Source: Bugula neritina
Lineage: Eukaryota > Animalia > Bryozoa
Length of the DNA: 64,000 bases
Direction: 5' to 3'
Assembly: GCA_964035545.1 (NCBI GenBank)
Contig: OZ037773.1
Coordinates: forward strand, 7,655,751 to 7,719,750
The notes beneath the pieces were generated by a model that was not told the DNA's origin, ran no database searches, and worked only from the letters and a program-made list of their open reading frames with translations. Below, piece by piece: positions 52,995 through 64,000 of the stretch (positions are counted from its first letter, which is position 1; every line of letters starts with the position of its first letter). The translations under genes were made by a program, and so were the position numbers.

Positions 52995-53762
52995 AGGATT
53001 GCTCTATCTTAGTTTATTACAATCACATTATAATTATGAACTATAATCTAATGTGTATGCAAACAATTGCGACTTTGCAAAGGGATATATGCCTAGAAAA
53101 CAGCTTTTCAAAATTCCAATTTTGAGGGAGGTAAAATTTTCAGCCATGAAAAAGAATAGCCTAATACGTGACGTGTGAACGCCAGTAACTTTGCCGCACG
53201 TGCTAACTATAACGCTAGTATTCAAGGTTGCTGAGCGCAACATCAACCAATAACGTTCAAGCAGGTACAGTGCGCTATATAGGTCAGCTTTGGTGCGCCC
53301 GTAATATTGCACAATCTGACCTAGTTTAGATCGATCGCAGGCATTCATCCTAAAGAATGCATGTTTTTGCAATGCTTTTTTCTATGTTTACAAGCAAAAT
53401 ATGGCCTAATGTTATCACATACATGTTATTTAACATGTCAAAAAACTATAGATTGAGATAATTCACATTTGCACTTCTATAAATATACAAATTGCGAGCT
53501 GAAAGATCACATCTCACAGTCATATTTCTATAGTTATTCATTTGTATAGTCACGTGACCAGCAGGAATGCTGGCGCTGTTACGTCACATTTCCCAGCTCA
53601 TTTCAAAATCGGCGTTTTGGCTGTTACCAATCTACACCCTCAACTTTAACTAACTTTTTCTACCTTTGGTCAAATGCTTTTTGTCAATGCATGCTTAGAA
53701 AAACACAATATTATGTGTGTTTGACCTAAATGGCCATTTATTAGACAAGATAGAGCAATCCT
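52995..53762. mobile_element. 768-bp TTAA-targeting MITE (Kolobok-like termini)
   Basis: Perfect 16-bp TIR AGGATTGCTCTATCTT, with TTAA at 52991-52994 and 53763-53766. Confidence 0.85.
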
Positions 53763-56700
53763 TTAAATAAGATTTTAAACAAAATTTTAAATAAATAGCA
53801 ACTTATAGCAGCTGGTGATGCCGTACAGACTAATTCATAATAATAAAAATTGTTAACAGCTTTGCATGAGGCTGATTTATATTGTAATTAGTAGTTTATT
53901 AAAGATAATCTGGTACAATCTCTTTACACTCCCCGATAATTTATGCACCCGCATACTAAACGCTGCAATAGTTACCTTGCACACTAAAGAGCAGTTACTA
54001 ATTGGACAATTGCAAGATATATGGCATAGTACAGAGTGGAACAGCATGCACTGCTCTATGTGAAGTCATGTGATATCCGCAAGTTTCTATGACAGCTGTT
54101 CGAAAGCTAATGCAGCGATTTACTCAAAGCCTGTAAGAAGATTGTAGATCCTAATTTGTCATAAGAAGTTACACTAAAAGCATATTAACTTTCATAGCTT
54201 TATTCTAATTCAGCCTTATGTCATCATAATTCATACAAAGTGTTACCTTAATAACTTATAGACTGTCAAATTAATAGCTAATATGTATTTTGCAACTTTT
54301 CTCTAATTAAACTACTACCTGGTTAAGCTATTTATTTTTCTAATCATCAATTTCCAAACATAAAAGCTATAAACTTTACTGCAACTAATTTATATTCTAT
54401 ATAATTGACATAAAAGGTGTTTTTTCCTAACTTTTGAAAATTGATTTGCTAACTAATAAAATTTCAACATCAATAGGGGAATAAATGCCGTCCAGTGTAT
54501 TTCCACATCTTTTATCTATTGATCAAAATTGTTAGAATAGACAAATGAGTAAAATTTATCCCACGTGTTCAACTAGAAGCAGAAAAATAATGTAGCGTGT
54601 TATATGTTGTTAAAGTTCTAATCTAAATAAGTCCATCGTAATAGGAAGATTAGGGAGCACTTGGCGTTAGGTGACACGAAACCTGCTCCAAGTTTGTACC
54701 ATTAAGTCCTGTGCTGCATGAAGGGATACCATTTTATGACAAGATTAGCTCTTGCAGATTACCAACACATCTCTTAGATAAGAGAAAAAACAAATTGCAA
54801 TTATCTCACAAATATGATATACCTATAAGTAAATTGTCTATAAGTCTAGAAAACCACTGTTTTATGTTAAACAATATCTACCATGGGTGTAATTATCATA
54901 GAATTAACAAAAAGGGAAGCAATTTCATAACCTGTTTCACTTTGCAACCGCCCTAAGCCTAAAGTTTGTTGATGCAAAATATTTTAGTACTAACACAATA
55001 TTTTTTATTATTACCACTGTTGCTATACTGTAGCCTCTGGTTCATAACTGAGCTCATCAGATAGGTTCTGAAGCCTACATGTATAGAACTACATGCATTG
55101 GCCCCATTCTTCATCATGATTATATTTTTTTCAGAATAACATGGTCCTGCACAAAATACTGATACTGACACAGGCAATGCTGAGCCTTAATCAAATGTCA
55201 TAACAGTTTTGGGTTGAACCCCATTTTCCAAAACAAAAACCATCTAATTGGTTTAATTGGTTGCTTAACCTCATGTAATTGCGTGATGGTTTACAATACA
55301 AACAAATCTCCACTGCTGTAATTACTTCAAATTGATAATCTATATTCGTTAGAGTCTGAGTCTGACACACTGTGATAGATGAGAACACATTTGCATATTC
55401 TTAGAGACTTTGGAATGATTAGCTGTGAGACTAAACTTCCAGGTGGAACTAACTGCATGCACACCTTTGTTAGTTTATAGTTACTAAACCCCTGCAAATG
55501 CAGGCCAAATAAATATAGGCCATAGAACATGTAGTACATAATAAATCATTTTAAACAAGTAGTACAAAATAAGTAGTATAAAGCAAGTAGTATAAAGCAA
55601 GTAGAATAAGCAAGTAGTACAAACATGCTGTACAAAACAAGTGATATAAAAACAAGTGGCATGGATTAAGTACCATAAAATTAGTACCTATAAAATTAGT
55701 TTGCTGCATGTACCCTAGTTTTATTAAATTTAGATTTCCACTCGTTTTTAAAACTGTAATTAACCAATTTGTGCAACTAAAAAGTAATAAGCAGTGCTGG
55801 TGAGAAGTCTATATAAGGATTTAGACAACTTCTGATATCAATAATTATAGTTGGAGATTATTTTTCTAGCAAACAAAAGCTAAGCCTAGGTCCTAGGGTA
55901 TATTTTTATAAACGTGTGTATGAAATATCAAAGGAGAGCAAAACTCCCCATAAATATTTCAGATTATGTTTCATGCCAGTTAAATGCCAATTTCAACATA
56001 ATGTTGCAAGATGTTTGAGCTTGTAAAAATGAAATATTGTAGGGAATAATTGGCACAATAGTTGCGTTGCTGTGCAATACTTGGGAAATTTACTGCACAT
56101 ATTTTATGTATCATTACTGTATAATTATGAACCTGCTGTATCAATTTTAAAACCTGTTTATTGAAAATGAATATAAAAAGTCCTTATTAGGTTGTCATAA
56201 TACTGTAGAGTAGAGTTAGGTTCAACATCCATCATATTAAGGAAATTATATTGTTGTTGTTACTGTTATCAAAAGATGAAGTGACTGTTGCAAATGTAGT
56301 AACAACAGTATAGCTGTAGTAAATATAACAAATTTAGTAAGTGTAGTAGCCATAATAGCTGTAGTGACTGTAGTAACTGTAGATATAACTGTATAGTAAG
56401 TGTATTAGCTACACTAATCGAAAACGATGTTGGCATGAATTCAAATTTCACAAAGCATTATGTTTTTCTGTCTAAATTCGATAGCTGCCACATTTGCACC
56501 AGCGCTTAGTATCTGCAGGGTTTTATAACTTTCCACTGTCCACCTTTTCATTTTCACTCCTGACTCCATAAAATAACAATATTAGTTTCAATTCTACTAT
56601 ATATATATATATATATGGTCATCATTAGTTTTTGGTCAGTGTGTACTTAGTTAAGAATGAAAGCTGGTGTACTTGTGGCTTTTAAATGACATTGACATGT

Positions 56701-58402
56701 GGCAAACACCAAAATTACACTATTTGTTCAATTTTAATTAGCATAATATATTTTTCTTTCAAAGGTCAACAAAAGGTGATTTTGGGGTCACTAATCTTGC
56801 ATAATTAAAACAAAATGAAGCAGAGGAACTGGGGGTTTTGGTTTCATCAACACCAAAATTATATTACATAATAACTTAATATTCAAAGTTTTCCACAGTC
56901 AATCTGACTTTAAATCACAGCATGCTATTGTTACAACTTGTAATGTTTACACAAGCATTAATATGTTGGTTCCAACTGAACCTCTTTTCAAAAATAAAGC
57001 CATCATGATTAATAATGGATTGGCTGTGATTGGTGACAAGCACTTGAAGATAAGAATACAATCAACTAACTATACAACATTTGAATGAAAGACTATCACC
57101 ATGAATTCAAAGAAGAGAAATTAACAGATTGGGCATCAAAACACCTTTTTTTATCAAACTTTCAAAAACTTTTATGTTTTTAATTATTATTTTATTGTTA
57201 CTTATGAAGCTGCCTAGTTGTTTGTAATCATTTCGGTTCTCTTCTGACTGGAAGAAGAATGTGTTATGCTGGAACAGCGGTTTAGCATTTGTTTCCAAAA
57301 CATCATCAAATGCAGATAAATATCTTTGCCATTGTGATAAGAACAAACAGCATTGCCTGGTATACCAGAAGCTGAATTACTACAATAAATGTCTAACAGT
57401 AGAATAGCTATTCAATTACTAGCTATTTTGAAATACAGCTTCCAGGTTTTTGTTAGAAAGAGAATGCTATCAATTTCAGTTGACACTTTTAATTTATTGA
57501 AAATAATTGAAGGTAAAATTTATAAAGTGGCTTTCATTTATAAATGAATGCAACTTTATCAACTTTTCCCTGTTGAACAAAATTTGGGTTAAATTTAGTG
57601 AAATTGCAGGGAACAGAAAACGCCAAGCTACGAAGATGCAGTAGTTCTCAACTAGAAATGTATGAGGAATAGTCTAAAGATAGTCTAACGCTGTAGTACT
57701 CACTTGTAATAGGATATAATTGTTTTGACGATTGTATATGAAGTAATAACTCACATCACGTGAATGGCTAAATAGTGATTTCAGCTTACAAGTTTTCCTG
57801 GTCAACTCTTGGGCAATGAAGTCCACATCATATTTTATAAAAAAAATTGTATTACATGAGTCATGACTCGTGCATCAATTGCGTCGTCATACAAATACTA
57901 AGATGGCTGTTATCCTGCTAAGTTGGAGGTGTTGATTCAATCCCATGACTGAAATACCTTGGGAAGATATTCACCTACACGACTCATTAATTCACTTCCG
58001 GATTAAGCAGTGACTTCAGAAAGTTTCAAACACCAATGGGCTATATTTGTAATGAATTACGTAGGGTTTTAGAGTACAACATGGTTTGGTGATTGGCAGG
58101 CGTGATGAATAGGCATAGACGAGTTACATTAGAGTCTACACACGCAAGGAGAATCGTTAAAGCTGTAATTACCACCAGAGTTTGAATTAGATGGCAAGGT
58201 CGGATGTGACACTATGGTACCATGGTAACCAGATGCATGCGGGTGGGTACCTAAAATAGCTTAGAGCCTATTCAACAGATAAGTGTAGAATTGAGGCTAG
58301 TAGTAGAATGAATATAACATCTGTTTAAAGATAACTTTGCCATCAGTTGGCTCAATCACCTTGCATCTTATACAACTCTCTCTAAGTATACTAGTCACCA
58401 TA

Positions 58403-61400
58403 ATGGACTCAATACATATGCTCTCTGCCGTTCTGGTAGTAGTCTGTCTCGCTGTTGTTAATGGCCAGACTACCTACTCAAGACCAATAGACAACATAGA
58501 CCCTCAAGATGCTGCCAGAGTCTGCTTTCAAACCGTTGCCAACACGGCAAGGGTCGTATATGTAGCAGACATGGACAACTCTTGCTGGTAAGTCAGTAAG
58601 TAAGTCAGTAAGTAAGGAAGTCAGTAAGTAAGTAAGTTAACAGAGTAAATAAGTAAGTTAGTTGGCTGTGGTACGCTAATTTCACATGCAGGACTTAAGG
58701 AAGCATTCAATAGAAACCTTATATAGGTAACAACTAAAATGGAGAGTCACATTCTGCATAAGGAATTGGGGGTTGAGAAATTACTAGTTGATTTATCAAA
58801 CACACTTCTAGAACTACTGCTATGTCAGGAATCAACAGGTATTCATTAGAGTTGTTTACTTTTGGTTTGTAACATGAATTAATAACACTTTCTTAAGACT
58901 AGGGGAATTTTAATATATCTGTATCTCAAGCAAGGGTGACTGTTCTGGTAGCACTTTCAACAGAAAGCTATTACCATCATACAAGTGTACTGTATTATAA
59001 CTTTATACAGTATACATAGCATATACACACATATACACACTGTGCAATATATATTATTCTAACGCTAGATGAGTTTCTATTGAATAAAAAATGAGGTCTC
59101 TAAAGCAGTAAAAGTTCATCGATACCTTTCACCATTAAAGAGTTCCACTCTAAGTGTTTTTATTACCTAGCTTATCCAAATATTATTCTCAGCTAGTTAA
59201 TCCACAACACATTACTGCTAGAGTGGGATTTAGATTATTATAATCCATAATTATCATGTGAGACATGTATATTCAAAGTGATACGATCATACAACGTGGT
59301 ACCAGATCTCAAGACTAATGGGTAAAGATTAGTCTCAGCTGCATAAGTTTTATTGTCAAACTGCAGTTCAGGTTCTAAAGCTATTAGACATCATTAATGC
59401 CATTCGTTGATTCGATATCTTCCATGGAGTTATTTGATCTAGCATTGTGATGACCGTATTGTACTGCAGTAGTGGAGAAACTGAGATAGCCTAAGTTCTT
59501 TAATTTTCTTGAGTTGAAGTTGTTGTGAGAACATAACTTCTTTTGTTACATATCTAGTTTAGAACACAGGCTTTTCACAATTTCTCATTACTGCACCTAC
59601 CTCTAACTTCTTGATTTATGTCCTATACGCTTATATTTTCATGTGAATTATCTTTCTATAAATAAGTAAAAACTCCAGTGGAGAGGTTTTCCTAGACAGC
59701 ATAAAATTATAATCAAGGATAATCTTTTAGCTCTGGTTTAATCTTTATTTACGACTTGATTTTATAACTGACCATTAAAAGATAAAGCATGACAGTTCTA
59801 AGCTATGTTAGGGGACAAGATTATTTAAAAAAATAGATAAATAAAGATACAGTTGACTAAGCTTGGAGAATTTATAATTTAAAACATACTATTTTAAAAT
59901 ATGACTTTTTCAAGCCAAGTACTTGGCATAAACTCATATATAGATGGTTAAGAGAGTAACAGTAATAAATATTAAAGTACAGACAGATTCGTTCAAGTGT
60001 TAATATCATAATTACAAGGTCTGTGATTTATTTCTCTGTAATTTGAAACGTGCCTACAGTGCAACGGTTTTACTTCTTTTTTGCTAATATCTAAATGCTT
60101 AGCTGTCTTATGCTAAAATCTCTTGTGCAACTTTTGAATATTGGGTTTTTAGATCTTTTTTATTTAACAGTATAGTAATACACAACTGACAACAAATGAA
60201 GCTATCACTTACACTTAGGCATAGGTTACAAAAATATTCTCAGGTTAATGTGATTATTCTATAGGATAATAATAGACAAGGAAAAGGAAAAATATTTTGA
60301 ATGACTCATAATCTTGATTGATTATTATCAAATTAGAAGCATCCAATAAAATGCAGTGCAGCAGTGATTTATAATTCTATTTAGTTGACAGATAAATTTA
60401 TGGACAATGCGTTTATAAGACTTTGTAACTGGACACTTGCTCTGGTCACCTATATAGTGCTTTTCAAAGTGTGTTAACCTTATTTGCAGGGTAAACCAGA
60501 GGGCTTTAAATTGATCTCATATTTCCAGGTGCAATATTTGCACGTTGTTTCAATGTCACACCGGTTGCTTACAACAAAAGAACATTTATTAAGCCACTTT
60601 TTACTTCGGTGCAGCAGTAAGGAAATTATAATAGCCTAAGTTCTTTAATTTTCTATGAAAATTTTGATTTGGGGTATGAGTTAGAATTCCGCAGGAACAT
60701 AGCTTCTTTGGCTACATTTTTAACATAGAACACAGGCTTTTCTCAACCTCTGCATTACAACACCTAACACAATATCATATGCATACTGACAGAGTGAGAT
60801 ATTATTTAGTCTAAACCATATATCAGTAATGATAAAATGTACTCTACCACGTTGTCCAATATAAAACAACATAATATGTTCAACTGCTTTGATCTGGCAA
60901 GTGTATTAAATTTTTGAAAATTTCAAAACTATAAAAGATATTGCTTCATACAGATTTATTTTTATGCTCTAATTATCGTTCCAGGTAGAAATAAAATATA
61001 AATTAACGTTTGATTTATATCTAAATAAACGACTGGACTTCAAATAAATGTTGTTTATCAATCAGGCATGTTCTATTGATGCCCTACAAACAGCTACTTA
61101 ATATGATATAAGTTCTACAAAATATGCAATTTGTTTATAGGTACTGGCAATGTAGGAGAATGGGAAGAAATATTATTTTGCAACCACGAAACTGTGCCCT
61201 GGCTACAGCTGTCAGTGATTTCTTTTTGTATGGCTCAGCCAATCCCTGCACAGAGCGACTCAACAATCCAGGAGTTGAAAAGTTCTTCTGCCGAAGAAAG
61301 AACTTTTTCACAGGTCCACCGCCATGCTTCAATGATTACACTTCACAAGGTTGGCAGCCTCTTTTTCCTATAGTCGCATCTTCATTTGATAAAAAAAAAA

Positions 61401-61779
61401 TTTCTCACAGTTTTACAACAAGAATAAATTTAAAATCTAGATTTTGTTTCAGCATTTAGTAGCCTAAATATTTAGCTATAAAACTTTTGCCCCACAAAAA
61501 TTCAAACCCGAAACTTTTGGCTTGCAAGCAAGCGCCTTCTAGCCATTACACCACAGAAGCCATTGGGTGAAATAAATTATACACTAGCATATAGCAACCG
61601 TTCAGCCGTTTACCTATGTATGTGTCTTACAGGAACATGTAAGAACGGTGGAAGAGTTGTCTACACTTACTCCAGCTGTAGCTGTGATTGCACCGGCACA
61701 GGGTTTGCAGACTGGGACTGTAGCAAGAGACCAGAAGATCTGGTGGGTGCCAATCCCGTCATTAGCCCTGATGACCCTT
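58403..61779 (+). CDS. Secreted protein with a chitin-binding type-2 (CBM14/peritrophin-A)-like module and an EGF domain, 3'-partial; exons 58403-58587, 61141-61349, 61633-61779
   Basis: Signal peptide (MLSAVLVVVCLAVVNG); C...YVADMDNSCWYWQC...RNCALAT...NPC (CBM14-like spacing); C...CKNGG...CSCDCTGTGFADWDC (EGF). Exons are phase-compatible. The last donor (61780) has no acceptor that I could identify in the window. Confidence 0.7.
59460..60770. repeat. Two diverged direct copies (~59460-59600, ~60610-60770) of an unclassified intronic repeat; partial third match near 48868
   Basis: Shared ATAGCCTAAGTTCTTTAATTTTCT and AGAACACAGGCTTTTC blocks. Confidence 0.55.
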
Positions 61780-64000
61780 GTAAGTGCAATTACCTTATTC
61801 GTGATGCGCCTGTATCATGCATGATATTGTTGCCTTATTCGTCGTGTGCCTGTATCATGTATGGTATAATTACCTCATTTTGTGTTGTGCCTGTGTTTTG
61901 TATGACACAATGCGAAATTCTAACAAATTTTATTTTCTAAACTGCATTTACAAGTCTGCGACATTTAATCCCCATTAGAGAGGGGTGTGACAAAGCGGCA
62001 AGCTGCGTTGCAACACTCAGAATTTACTTGAAACATGTGAGGCAATTCTTTCATATTTAATAACAGTGTGTTGTAGTATAAAGTAATGCGTCAGAAGCTT
62101 GTGCCACGTTACCAAACAACCAGGTTTTTCAAAGCAAGACTTACAAAAGGAAAAGTCTCTTTTTCAGAAAAAAAAGCCCTCGAAAGATAAAGGCATGCTA
62201 TCTGTTTCTATAATTAACCATTACGCTATTTAGATTATTTTTCACCAAAAATTATGCAAAAAATTTTGACAGTTTTAGGAAATGTTCTGTAATAACTATA
62301 TTATAAAGTGTTTTACACTTGGCTCATCAAATTGAGAGTCACTATTACAAAGCAAGATATCAAGCGCCGTCAGAAATGCCAAAAAGGCACATACCTAGAT
62401 GAAAAATGGCAGAGTGGTGTCAATGTTTTACTCTCAGATTTTATATAAAAAATAATAACATCTATAGCTCAATCACTGAAAGAAAATATTTTACATCAAG
62501 TTTTAATAGACAAAGTATTATATTAGAATTGTCTTTATCAAACATTTCAACACTAACTTGAAGTAAAATGAATATTCCCTCTTTAAAGATACTACACTAT
62601 TTAATTGAATCTCGTCATTTAAAAAGAAATGTTTTGGGGTTGAAGCTATTGGTGCTGACAGGATAAGAAAGTCTACTCAGTCTACTTTCTTTCTTTATTC
62701 ACTCAGACACACTTATTGGAGATTTTGTATAAAGTGAATCACAGGTTGGCACTCGATTTGACAGTTAATTGTAAATGCCAGCTATAGAACAACTTTTGAT
62801 TGTTGGAATAGCTACCAAATTGGCCAATAACCAAAAAGTTCTTTGCCATGAAAAGAATGCGGCAGATAATTGAAAATGGTATAGCAAAAACTTATTTCTC
62901 AAGTCATAGTGTGAGAGATTTCATTGTCTCATTCAAAAAAGTAGTTCAGTTCTATCATGGAAAGGCTTTGACAAAATTACGGTTTGGCACCTTCAAAACA
63001 ATTGCTAGAAACTGTGAGAATTGACATGGTAACAGGCTTGCGCCAGCTCTCTTAATGTTAATAATAAGACAACTCTCAAACCATCATTTCATAGGGTAAC
63101 AAAATTGTAGTAAATATAATCGTAGTTCGACGTAACTACAATGTCCTCAGCTTATGTATTGAGTAAAGCAGTTATTTCTATCAATTTGTAAGTTAAATAT
63201 ACTCAAAAGAGAGTCAAAACATCCATAATATATTAATTTTTTGATCCAAACTTTAATTATTTTAATATAAGCACATCAATAGTTATACTACCCTATATAG
63301 TGATAGTAATCATACTGCAGGAGAAATAGTAGCAGCTAGTACCCTGAGAGCGCATAAAACTTTGTAGTTTTCAAGATCAGCATGCTTAGCTGACGTGCCA
63401 AACAGACTCTCCAAAAATGCAGATCTCAAGGCGTAGCACATTGCCAAAGTTGCACTTTGTAGTAGAATAGAGTCTAGTAACTGCCTGCATAATGAATATA
63501 TAATAATATGTTCACAGGAAGCATCAACATGCGTGCGCCAAGTGCACTTCCATGATACATAACGTGTGTCATGGAAGCTACTAGAACAGTGTCTAAACGC
63601 AGCACATGCAGTTAAATGAAAATTGGCGAGATATGATCATCATAATTATGCTCTTCAACACTGAAAGCAGGTTTCCCCCAAGTGTAGCATCTAATCCTGT
63701 CAAAACCAGTCTTTCACAAAAATAATGCAATGATATGAAGAATTATCTTCTTTCTGTTTTTATCTTGTGAGATATTGCCACAGTGAAAACTGCACTAAGA
63801 GTTGTCAGGGTTTATTGAAGTCTGATAATTTACATGGCACAAATAATTAATACTCATGAAGAAATCTTGATAACGGTACATTTTCCTGCGGATATGTGCA
63901 TGTTAAATGAGTATGATATGCATTGCTGTGGATATTACATATCTTATTATATGAAAAGAACATATTTAAGCTGTGTATATAGTATGCACTGCTGTGTATA

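Noticed and set aside
57107-57346. 79-aa minus-strand ORF
   Set aside because: No recognisable motif or phase-compatible neighbouring exons.
61960-64000. Possible further MITEs or exons at the right edge
   Set aside because: I could not pair terminal repeats or find an in-frame exon with confidence.

Overview
AT-rich, intron-rich eukaryotic DNA, most consistent with an invertebrate animal. The ORF track shows only exon fragments, so genes were rebuilt by hand from GT-AG boundaries and reading phase. Left to right: (1) a 3'-partial CHST15/GalNAc4S-6ST-like sulfotransferase (-); (2) a 4.5-kb Kolobok-type DNA transposon with TTAA target duplication that keeps a THAP gene start and an intact KolX/P2X7-ballast-like gene but has no DDE transposase core; (3) FKBP6/shutdown (+); (4) two tandem, apparently intact arylsulfatase B-like genes (-) with an unusual Ser/Thr-repeat stalk and C-terminal membrane anchor, joined exactly at the duplication breakpoint by a 3.7-kb TIR element; (5) a degenerate P-element/THAP9 transposon with two 32-34 bp excision-footprint-like scars nearby; (6) a secreted ~627-aa protein with PAN/Apple + FOLN-like + three tandem CTHRC1 C-terminal domains and no collagen helix (+), carrying a dead Academ transposon in an intron; (7) a 3'-partial secreted chitin-binding(CBM14-like)+EGF gene (+). 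There are also many MITEs, tRNA-derived SINEs, an RTE fragment and minisatellites, several of them seeded on splice sites. All family assignments come from recognising motifs by eye; no database search was run.
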